A stretch of 64,000 nucleotides of DNA from Auanema rhodensis. Its lineage: Eukaryota; Animalia; Nematoda. Location of the stretch: positions 19,716,001 to 19,780,000 of the forward strand of contig OZ059895.1 in NCBI GenBank assembly GCA_964057225.1. Reading direction: 5' to 3'. The first letter of the stretch is position 1, and each line of letters starts with the position of its first letter. The position numbers and the translations under genes were made by a program. Shown piece by piece: positions 38,201 to 50,900 of this stretch. The notes below the pieces were generated by a model. That model was given only the letters and a program-made list of their open reading frames with translations. It did no database searches and was not told where the DNA came from.

Positions 38201-41200
38201 GATTTTTAAGCTGCGTCGATCTGTGTTATCAGATTTGCGCTAGCTTAAAAATGCACCGAGATATCAACTGATATAAGTTCACACTTATATCCTCGATTTT
38301 CACCCTGAAGAATTAATTTTTTCGTTGAATAACAATGTCCATCGTCTTTGCCTTGAAAAAAGGAATCTAAAAACATCTACTTTTTGCTAAATTATTCTGA
38401 AATTTTTCGAAAAAATTTTTGTCAAAATGTTTTTGGAAGCAATGTTGAGTGTACATGGAAACTCAACATACACTAATGCATCATTTTTCAAACGATCATA
38501 ACTAATTTTTGTATTAAGCGTTTCTCAATGTAGTATAGTGCATTCGATGCGAATTTTTAAGCTGCGTCGATCTGTGTTATCAGATTTGCGCTAGCTTAAA
38601 AATGCACCGAGATATCAACTGATATAAGTTCACACTTATATCCTCGATTTTCACCCTGAAGAATTAATTTTTTCGTTGAATAACAATGTCCATCGTCTTT
38701 GCCTTGAAAAAAGGAATCTAAAAACATCTACTTTTTGCTAAATTATTCTGAAATTTTTCGAAAAAATTTTTGTCAAAATGTTTTTGGAAGCAATGTTGAG
38801 TGTACATGGAAACTCAACATACACTAATGCATCATTTTTCAAACAATCATAACTAATTTTTGTATTAAGCGTTTCTCAATGTAGTATAGTGCATTCGATG
38901 CGGATTTTTAAGCTGCGTCGATCTGTGTTATCAGATTTGCGCTAGCTTAAAAATGCACCGAGATATCAACTGATATATGTTCACACTTATATCCTCGATT
39001 TTCACCCTGAAGAATTAATTTTTTCGTTGAATAACAATGTCCATCGTCTTTGCCTTGAAAAAAGGAATCTAAAAACATCTACTTTTTGCTAAATTATTCT
39101 GAAATTTTTCGAAAAAATTTTTGTCAAAATGTTTTTGGAAGCAATGTTGAGTGTACATGGAAACTCAACATACACTAATGCATCATTTTTCAAACGATCA
39201 TAACTAATTTTTGTATTAAGCGTTTCTCAATGTAGTATAGTGCATTCGATGCGAATTTTTAAGCTGCGTCGATCTGTGTTATCAGATTTGCGCTAGCTTA
39301 AAAATGCACCGAGATATCAACTGATATAAGTTCACACTTATATCCTCGATTTTCACCCTGAAGAATTAATTTTTTCGTTGAATAACAATGTCCATCGTCT
39401 TTGCCTTGAAAAAAGGAATCTAAAAACATCTACTTTTTGCTAAATTATTCTGAAATTTTTCGAAAAAATTTTTGTCAAAATGTTTTTGGAAGCAATGTTG
39501 AGTGTACATGGAAACTCAACATACACTCATGCATCATTTTTCAAACGATCATAACTAATTTTTGTATTAAGCGTTTCTCAATGTAGTATAGTGCATTCGA
39601 TGCGGATTTTTAAGCTGCGTCGATCTGTGTTATCAGATTTGCGCTAGCTTAAAAATGCACCGAGATATCAACTGATATAAGTTCACACTTATATCCTCGA
39701 TTTTCACCCTGAAGAATTAATTTTTTCGTTGAATAACAATGTCCATCGTCTTTGCCTTGAATAAAGGAATCTAAAAACATCTACTTTTTGCTAAATTATT
39801 CTGAAATTTTTCGAAAAAATTTTTGTCAAAATGTTTTTGGAAGCAATGTTGAGTGTACATGGAAACTCAACATACACTAATGCATCATTTTTCAAACGAT
39901 CATAACTAATTTTTGTATTAAGCGTTTCTCAATGTAGTATAGTGCATTCGATGCGGATTTTTAAGCTGCGTCGATCTGTGTTATCAGATTTGCGCTAGCT
40001 TAAAAATGCACCGAGATATCAACTGATATAAGTTCACACATATATCCTCGATTTTCACCCTGAAGAATTAATTTTTTCGTTGAATAACAATGTCCATCGT
40101 CTTTGCCTTGAAAAAAGGAATCTAAAAACATCTACTTTTTGCTAAATTATTCTGAAATTTTTCGAAAAAATTTTTGTCAAAATGTTTTTGGAAGCAATGT
40201 TGAGTGTACATGGAAACTCAACATACACTAATGCATCATTTTTCAAACGATCATAACTAATTTTTGTATTAAGCGTTTCTCAATGTAGTATAGTGCATTC
40301 GATGCGGATTTTTAAGCTGCGTCGATCTGTGTTATCAGATTTGCGCTAGCTTAAAAATGCACCGAGATATCAACTGATATATGTTCACACTTATATCCTC
40401 GATTTTCACCCTGAAGAATTAATTTTTTCGTTGAATAACAATGTCCATCGTCTTTGCCTTGAAAAAAGGAATCTAAAAACATCTACTTTTTGCTAAATTA
40501 TTCTGAAATTTTTCGAAAAAATTTTTGTCAAAATGTTTTTGGAAGCAATGTTGAGTGTACATGGAAACTCAACATACACTAATGCATCATTTTTCAAACG
40601 ATCATAACTAATTTTTGTATTAAGCGTTTCTCAATGTAGTATAGTGCATTCGATGCGAATTTTTAAGCTGCGTCGATCTGTGTTATCAGATTTGCGCTAG
40701 CTTAAAAATGCACCGAGATATCAACTGATATAAGTTCACACTTATATCCTCGATTTTCACCCTGAAGAATTAATTTTTTCGTTGAATAACAATGTCCATC
40801 GTCTTTGCCTTGAAAAAAGGAATCTAAAAAAATCTACTTTTTGCTAAATTATTCTGAAATTTTTCGAAAAAATTTTTGTCAAAATGTTTTTGGAAGCAAT
40901 GTTGAGTGTACATGGAAACTCAACATACACTAATGCATCATTTTTCAAACGATCATAACTAATTTTTGTATTAAGCGTTTCTCAATGTAGTATAGTGCAT
41001 TCGATGCGGATTTTTAAGCTGCGTCGATCTGTGTTATCAGATTTGCGCTAGCTTAAAAATGCACCGAGATATCAACTGATATATGTTCACACTTATATCC
41101 TCGATTTTCACCCTGAAGAATTAATTTTTTCGTTGAATAACAATGTCCATCGTCTTTGCCTTGAAAAAAGGAATCTAAAAACATCTACTTTTTGCTAAAT

Positions 41201-44200
41201 TATTCTGAAATTTTTCGAAAAAATTTTTGTCAAAATGTTTTTGGAAGCAATGTTGAGTGTACATGGAAACTCAACATACACTAATGCATCATTTTTCAAA
41301 CGATCATAACTAATTTTTGTATTAAGCGTTTCTCAATGTAGTATAGTGCATTCGATGCGAATTTTTAAGCTGCGTCGATCTGTGTTATCAGATTTGCGCT
41401 AGCTTAAAAATGCACCGAGATATCAACTGATATAAGTTCACACTTATATCCTCGATTTTCACCCTGAAGAATTAATTTTTTCGTTGAATAACAATGTCCA
41501 TCGTCTTTGCCTTGAAAAAAGGAATCTAAAAAAATCTACTTTTTGCTAAATTATTCTGAAATTTTTCGAAAAAATTTTTGTCAAAATGTTTTTGGAAGCA
41601 ATGTTGAGTGTACATGGAAACTCAACATACACTAATGCATCATTTTTCAAACGATCATAACTAATTTTTGTATTAAGCGTTTCTCAATGTAGTATAGTGC
41701 ATTCGATGCGGATTTTTAAGCTGCGTCGATCTGTGTTATCAGATTTGCGCTAGCTTAAAAATGCACCGAGATATCAACTGATATAAGTTCACACTTATAT
41801 CCTCGATTTTCACCCTGAAGAATTAATTTTTTCGTTGAATAACAATGTCCATCGTCTTTGCCTTGAATAAAGGAATCTAAAAACATCTACTTTTTGCTAA
41901 ATTATTCTGAAATTTTTCGAAAAAATTTTTGTCAAAATGTTTTTGGAAGCAATGTTGAGTGTACATGGAAACTCAACATACACTAATGCATCATTTTTCA
42001 AACGATCATAACTAATTTTTGTATTAAGCGTTTCTCAATGTAGTATAGTGCATTCGATGCGGATTTTTAAGCTGCGTCGATCTGTGTTATCAGATTTGCG
42101 CTAGCTTAAAAATGCACCGAGATATCAACTGATATAAGTTCACACATATATCCTCGATTTTCACCCTGAAGAATTAATTTTTTCGTTGAATAACAATGTC
42201 CATCGTCTTTGCCTTGAAAAAAGGAATCTAAAAACATCTACTTTTTGCTAAATTATTCTGAAATTTTTCGAAAAAATTTTTGTCAAAATGTTTTTGGAAG
42301 CAATGTTGAGTGTACATGGAAACTCAACATACACTAATGCATCATTTTTCAAACGATCATAACTAATTTTTGTATTAAGCGTTTCTCAATGTAGTATAGT
42401 GCATTCGATGCGGATTTTTAAGCTGCGTCGATCTGTGTTATCAGATTTGCGCTAGCTTAAAAATGCACCGAGATATCAACTGATATAAGTTCACACTTAT
42501 ATCCTCGATTTTCACCCTGAAGAATTAATTTTTTCGTTGAATAACAATGTCCATCGTCTTTGCCTTGAAAAAAGGAATCTAAAAACATCTACTTTTTGCT
42601 AAATTATTCTGAAATTTTTCGAAAAAATTTTTGTCAAAATGTTTTTGGAAGCAATGTTGAGTGTACATGGAAACTCAACATACACTCATGCATCATTTTT
42701 CAAACGATCATAACTAATTTTTGTATTAAGCGTTTCTCAATGTAGTATAGTGCATTCGATGCGGATTTTTAAGCTGCGTCGATCTGTGTTATCAGATTTG
42801 CGCTAGCTTAAAAATGCACCGAGATATCAACTGATATAAGTTCACACTTATATCCTCAATTTTCACCCTGAAGAATTAATTTTTTCGTTGAATAACAATG
42901 TCCATCGTCTTTGCCTTGAAAAAAGGAATCTAAAAACATCTACTTTTTGCTAAATTATTCTGAAATTTTTCGAAAAAATTTTTGTCAAAATGTTTTTGGA
43001 AGCAATGTTGAGTGTACATGGAAACTCAACATACACTAATGCATCATTTTTCAAACGATCATAACTAATTTTTGTATTAAGCGTTTCTCAATGTAGTATA
43101 GTGCATTCGATGCGGATTTTTAAGCTGCGTCGATCTGTGTTATCAGATTTGCGCTAGCTTAAAAATGCACCGAGATATCAACTGATATAAGTTCACACTT
43201 ATATCCTCGATTTTCACCCTGAAGAATTAATTTTTTCGTTGAATAACAATGTCCATCGTCTTTGCCTTGAAAAAAGGAATCTAAAAACATCTACTTTTTG
43301 CTAAATTATTCTGAAATTTTTCGAAAAAATTTTTGTCAAAATGTTTTTGGAAGCAATGTTGAGTGTACATGGAAACTCAACATACACTAATGCATCATTT
43401 TTCAAACGATCATAACTAATTTTTGTATTAAGCGTTTCTCAATGTAGTATAGTGCATTCGATGCGGATTTTTAAGCTGCGTCGATCTGTGTTATCAGATT
43501 TGCGCTAGCTTAAAAATGCACCGAGATATCAACTGATATAAGTTCACACTTATATCCTCGATTTTCACCCTGAAGAATTAATTTTTTCGTTGAATAACAA
43601 TGTCCATCGTCTTTGCCTTGAAAAAAGGAATCTAAAAACATCTACTTTTTGCTAAATTATTCTGAAATTTTTTGAAAAAATTTTTGTCAAAATGTTTTTG
43701 GAAGCAATGTTGAGTGTACATGGAAACTCAACATACACTAATGCATCATTTTTCAAACGATCATAACTAATTTTTGTATTAAGCGTTTCTCAATGTAGTA
43801 TAGTGCATTCGATGCGGATTTTTAAGCTGCGTCGATCTGTGTTCTCAGATTTGCGCTAGCTTAAAAATGCACCGAGATATCAACTGATATAAGTTCACAC
43901 TTATATCCTCGATTTTCACCCTGAAGAATTAATTTTTTCGTTGAATAACAATGTCCATCGTCTTTGCCTTGAAAAAAAGAATCTGAAAACATCTACTTTT
44001 TGCTAAATTATTCTGAAATTTTTCGAAAAAATTTTTGTCAAAATGTTTTTGGAAGCAATGTTGAGTGTACATGGAAACTCAACATACACTCATGCATCAT
44101 TTTTCAAACGATCATAACTAATTTTTGTATTAAGCGTTTCTCAATGTAGTATAGTGCATTCGATGCGGATTTTTAAGCTGCGTCGATCTGTGTTATCAGA

Positions 44201-44918
44201 TTTGCGCTAGCTTAAAAATGCACCGAGATATCAACTGATATAAGTTCACACTTATATCCTCGATTTTCACCCTGAAGAATTAATTTTTTCGTTGAATAAC
44301 AATGTCCATCGTCTTTGCCTTGAAAAAAGGAATCTAAAAACATCTACTTTTTGCTAAATTATTCTGAAATTTTTCGAAAAAATTTTTGTCAAAATGTTTT
44401 TGGAAGCAATGTTGAGTGTACATGGAAACTCAACATACACTAATGCATCATTTTTCAAACGATCATAACTAATTTTTGTATTAAGCGTTTCTCAATGTAG
44501 TATAGTGCATTCGATGCGGATTTTTAAGCTGCGTCGATCTGTGTTATCAGATTTGCGCTAGCTTAAAAATGCACCGAGATATCAACTGATATATGTTCAC
44601 ACTTATATCCTCGATTTTCACCCTGAAGAATTAATTTTTTCGTTGAATAACAATGTCCATCGTCTTTGCCTTGAAAAAAGGAATCTAAAAACATCTACTT
44701 TTTGCTAAATTATTCTGAAATTTTTCGAAAAAATTTTTGTCAAAATGTTTTTGGAAGCAATGTTGAGTGTACATGGAAACTCAACATACACTAATGCATC
44801 ATTTTTCAAACGATCATAACTAATTTTTGTATTAAGCGTTTCTCAATGTAGTATAGTGCATTCGATGCGGATTTTTAAGCTGCGTCGATCTGTGTTATCA
44901 GATTTGCGCTAGCTTAAA
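32283..44918. repeat. Satellite domain 3: near-homogeneous core, 36 monomers of exactly 351 bp
   Basis: 32283+36x351=44919, so there is no net indel. All units carry AACAATG, CTTGA and GCTAAATTATTCTG, and they differ only by a few scattered SNPs. Confidence 0.9.
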
Positions 44919-47900
44919 AATGCACCGAGATATCAACTGATATAAGTTCACACTTATATCCTCGATTTTCACCCTGAAGAATTAATTTTTTCGTTGAATA
45001 ACATTGTCCATCGTCTTTGCCTTGATAAAACGAATCTAAAAACATCTACTTTTTGCTAAATTATTTTGAAATTTTTCGAAAAAATTTTTGTCAAAATGTT
45101 TTTGGAAGCAATGTTGAGTGTACATGGAAACTCAACATACACTAATGCATCATTTTTCAAACGATCATAACTAATTTTTGTATTAAGCGTTTCTCAATGT
45201 AGTATAGTGCATTCGATGCGGATTTTTAAGCTGCGTCGATCTGTGTTATCAGATTTGCGCTAGCTTAAAAATGCACCGAGATATCAACTGATATAAGTTC
45301 ACACTTATATCCTCGATTTTCACCCTGAAGAATTAATTTTTTCGTTGAATAACATTGTCCATCGTCTTTGCCTTAAAAAAAGGAATCTAAAAACATCTAC
45401 TGTTTGCTAAATTATTCTGAAATTTTTCGAAAAAATTTTTGTCAAAATGTTTTTGGAAGCAATGTTGAGTGTACATGGAAACTCAACATATACTAATGCA
45501 TAATTTTTCAAACGATCATAACTAATTTATGAATTAAGCGTTTTTCAATGTAGTATAGTGCATTCGATGCGGATTTTTAAGCTGCGTCGATCTGTGTGAT
45601 CAGATTTGCGCTAGCTTAAAAATGCACCGAGATATCAACTGATATAAGTTCACACTTATATCCTCGATTTTCACCCTGAAGAATTAATTTTTTCGTTGAA
45701 TAACATTGTCCATCGTCTTTGCCTTGAAAAAAGGAATCTGAAAACATCTACTTTTTGCTAAATTATTTTGAAATTTTTCGAAAAAATTTTTGTCAAAATG
45801 TTTTTGGAAGCAATGTTGAGTGTACATGGAAACTCAACATACACTAATGCATCATTTTTCAAACGATCATAACTAATTTATGAATTAAGCGTTTCTCAAT
45901 GTAGTATAGTGCATTCGATGCGGATTTTTAAGCTGCGTCGATCTGTGTTATCAGATTTGCGCTAGCTTAAAAATGCACCGAGATATCAACTGATATAAGT
46001 TCACACTTATATCCTCGATTTTCACCCTGAAGAATTAATTTTTTCGTTGAATAACAATGTCCATCGTCTTTGCCTTGATAAAAGGAATCTAAAAACATCT
46101 ACTTTTTGCTAAATTATTTTGAAATTTTTCGAAAAAATTTTTGTCAAAATGTTTTTGGAAGCAATGTTGAGTGTACATGGAAACTCAACATACACTAATG
46201 CATCATTTTTCAAACGATCATAACTAATTTTTGTATTAAGCGTTTCTCAATGTAGTATAGTGCATTCGATGCGGATTTTTAAGCTGCGTCGATCTGTGTG
46301 ATCAGATTTGCGCTAGCTTAAAAATGCACCGAGATATCAACTGATATAAGTTCACACTTATATCCTCGATTTTCACCCTGAAGAATTAATTTTTTTTTCG
46401 TTGAATAACATTGTCCATCGTCTTTGCCTTGATAAAAGGAATCTAAAAACATCTACTTTTTGCTAAATTATTTTGAAATTTTTCGAAAAAATTTTTGTCA
46501 AAATGTTTTTGGAAGCAATGTTGAGTGTACATGGAAACTCAACATACACTAATGCATCATTTTTCAAACGATCATAACTAATTTATGAATTAAGCGTTTC
46601 TCAATGTAGTATAGTGCATTCGATGCGGATTTTTAAGCTGCGTCGATCTGTGTTATCAGATTTGCGCTAGCTTAAAAATGCACCGAGATATCAACTGATA
46701 TAAGTTCACACTTATATCCTCGATTTTCACCCTGAAGAATTAATTTTTTCGTTGAATAACAATGTCCATCGTCTTTGCCTTGATAAAAGGAATCTAAAAA
46801 CATCTACTTTTTGCTAAATTATTTTGAAATTTTTCGAAAAAATTTTTGTCAAAATGTTTTTGGAAGCAATGTTGAGTGTACATGGAAACTCAACATACAC
46901 TAATGCATCATTTTTCAAACGATCATAACTAATTTTTGTATTAAGCGTTTCTCAATGTAGTATAGTGCATTCGATGCGGATTTTTAAGCTGCGTCGATCT
47001 GTGTGATCAGATTTGCGCTAGCTTAAAAATGCACCGAGATATCAACTGATATAAGTTCACACTTATATCCTCGATTTTCACCCTGAAGAATTAATTTTTT
47101 TTTCGTTGAATAACATTGTCCATCGTCTTTGCCTTGATAAAAGGAATCTAAAAACATCTACTTTTTGCTAAATTATTTTGAAATTTTTCGAAAAAATTTT
47201 TGTCAAAATGTTTTTGGAAGCAATGTTGAGTGTACATGGAAACTCAACATACACTAATGCATCATTTTTCAAACGATCATAACTAATTTATGAATTAAGC
47301 GTTTTTCAATGTAGTATAGTGCATTCGATGCGGATTTTTAAGCTGCGTCGATCTGTGTGATCAGATTTGCGCTAGCTTAAAAATGCACCGAGATATCAAC
47401 TGATATAAGTTCACACTTATATCCTCGATTTTCACCCTGAAGAATTAATTTTTTCGTTGAATAACATTGTCCATCGTCTTTGCCTTGAAAAAAGGAATCT
47501 GAAAACATCTACTTTTTGCTAAATTATTTTGAAATTTTTCGAAAAAATTTTTGTCAAAATGTTTTTGGAAGCAATGTTGAGTGTACATGGAAACTCAACA
47601 TACACTAATGCATCATTTTTCAAACGATCATAACTAATTTATGAATTAAGCGTTTCTCAATGTAGTATAGTGCATTCGATGCGGATTTTTAAGCTGCGTC
47701 GATCTGTGTTATCAGATTTGCGCTAGCTTAAAAATGCACCGAGATATCAACTGATATAAGTTCACACTTATATCCTCGATTTTCACCCTGAAGAATTAAT
47801 TTTTTCGTTGAATAACAATGTCCATCGTCTTTGCCTTGATAAAAGGAATCTAAAAACATCTACTTTTTGCTAAATTATTTTGAAATTTTTCGAAAAAATT

Positions 47901-50900
47901 TTTGTCAAAATGTTTTTGGAAGCAATGTTGAGTGTACATGGAAACTCAACATACACTAATGCATCATTTTTCAAACGATCATAACTAATTTTTGTATTAA
48001 GCGTTTCTCAATGTAGTATAGTGCATTCGATGCGGATTTTTAAGCTGCGTCGATCTGTGTGATCAGATTTGCGCTAGCTTAAAAATGCACCGAGATATCA
48101 ACTGATATAAGTTCACACTTATATCCTCGATTTTCACCCTGAAGAATTAATTTTTTTTTCGTTGAATAACATTGTCCATCGTCTTTGCCTTGATAAAAGG
48201 AATCTAAAAACATCTACTTTTTGCTAAATTATTTTGAAATTTTTCGAAAAAATTTTTGTCAAAATGTTTTTGGAAGCAATGTTGAGTGTACATGGAAACT
48301 CAACATACACTAATGCATCATTTTTCAAACGATCATAACTAATTTATGAATTAAGCGTTTCTCAATGTAGTATAGTGCATTCGATGCGGATTTTTAAGCT
48401 GCGTCGATCTGTGTTATCAGATTTGCGCTAGCTTAAAAATGCACCGAGATATCAACTGATATAAGTTCACACTTATATCCTCGATTTTCACCCTGAAGAA
48501 TTAATTTTTTCGTTGAATAACAATGTCCATCGTCTTTGCCTTGATAAAAGGAATCTAAAAACATCTACTTTTTGCTAAATTATTTTGAAATTTTTCGAAA
48601 AAATTTTTGTCAAAATGTTTTTGGAAGCAATGTTGAGTGTACATGGAAACTCAACATACACTAATGCATCATTTTTCAAACGATCATAACTAATTTTTGT
48701 ATTAAGCGTTTCTCAATGTAGTATAGTGCATTCGATGCGGATTTTTAAGCTGCGTCGATCTGTGTGATCAGATTTGCGCTAGCTTAAAAATGCACCGAGA
48801 TATCAACTGATATAAGTTCACACTTATATCCTCGATTTTCACCCTGAAGAATTAATTTTTTTTTCGTTGAATAACATTGTCCATCGTCTTTGCCTTGATA
48901 AAAGGAATCTAAAAACATCTACTTTTTGCTAAATTATTTTGAAATTTTTCGAAAAAATTTTTGTCAAAATGTTTTTGGAAGCAATGTTGAGTGTACATGG
49001 AAACTCAACATACACTAATGCATCATTTTTCAAACGATCATAACTAATTTATGAATTAAGCGTTTCTCAATGTAGTATAGTGCATTCGATGCGGATTTTT
49101 AAGCTGCGTCGATCTGTGTTATCAGATTTGCGCTAGCTTAAAAATGCACCGAGATATCAACTGATATAAGTTCACACTTATATCCTCGATTTTCACCCTG
49201 AAGAATTAATTTTTTCGTTGAATAACAATGTCCATCGTCTTTGCCTTGATAAAAGGAATCTAAAAACATCTACTTTTTGCTAAATTATTTTGAAATTTTT
49301 CGAAAAAATTTTTGTCAAAATGTTTTTGGAAGCAATGTTGAGTGTACATGGAAACTCAACATACACTAATGCATCATTTTTCAAACGATCATAACTAATT
49401 TTTGTATTAAGCGTTTCTCAATGTAGTATAGTGCATTCGATGCGGATTTTTAAGCTGCGTCGATCTGTGTGATCAGATTTGCGCTAGCTTAAAAATGCAC
49501 CGAGATATCAACTGATATAAGTTCACACTTATATCCTCGATTTTCACCCTGAAGAATTAATTTTTTTTTCGTTGAATAACATTGTCCATCGTCTTTGCCT
49601 TGATAAAAGGAATCTAAAAACATCTACTTTTTGCTAAATTATTTTGAAATTTTTCGAAAAAATTTTTGTCAAAATGTTTTTGGAAGCAATGTTGAGTGTA
49701 CATGGAAACTCAACATACACTAATGCATCATTTTTCAAACGATCATAACTAATTTATGAATTAAGCGTTTTTCAATGTAGTATAGTGCATTCGATGCGGA
49801 TTTTTAAGCTGCGTCGATCTGTGTGATCAGATTTGCGCTAGCTTAAAAATGCACCGAGATATCAACTGATATAAGTTCACACTTATATCCTCGATTTTCA
49901 CCCTGAAGAATTAATTTTTTCGTTGAATAACATTGTCCATCGTCTTTGCCTTGAAAAAAGGAATCTGAAAACATCTACTTTTTGCTAAATTATTTTGAAA
50001 TTTTTCGAAAAAATTTTTGTCAAAATGTTTTTGGAAGCAATGTTGAGTGTACATGGAAACTCAACATACACTAATGCATCATTTTTCAAACGATCATAAC
50101 TAATTTATGAATTAAGCGTTTCTCAATGTAGTATAGTGCATTCGATGCGGATTTTTAAGCTGCGTCGATCTGTGTTATCAGATTTGCGCTAGCTTAAAAA
50201 TGCACCGAGATATCAACTGATATAAGTTCACACTTATATCCTCGATTTTCACCCTGAAGAATTAATTTTTTCGTTGAATAACAATGTCCATCGTCTTTGC
50301 CTTGATAAAAGGAATCTAAAAACATCTACTTTTTGCTAAATTATTTTGAAATTTTTCGAAAAAATTTTTGTCAAAATGTTTTTGGAAGCAATGTTGAGTG
50401 TACATGGAAACTCAACATACACTAATGCATCATTTTTCAAACGATCATAACTAATTTTTGTATTAAGCGTTTCTCAATGTAGTATAGTGCATTCGATGCG
50501 GATTTTTAAGCTGCGTCGATCTGTGTGATCAGATTTGCGCTAGCTTAAAAATGCACCGAGATATCAACTGATATAAGTTCACACTTATATCCTCGATTTT
50601 CACCCTGAAGAATTAATTTTTTTTTCGTTGAATAACATTGTCCATCGTCTTTGCCTTGATAAAAGGAATCTAAAAACATCTACTTTTTGCTAAATTATTT
50701 TGAAATTTTTCGAAAAAATTTTTGTCAAAATGTTTTTGGAAGCAATGTTGAGTGTACATGGAAACTCAACATACACTAATGCATCATTTTTCAAACGATC
50801 ATAACTAATTTATGAATTAAGCGTTTTTCAATGTAGTATAGTGCATTCGATGCGGATTTTTAAGCTGCGTCGATCTGTGTGATCAGATTTGCGCTAGCTT

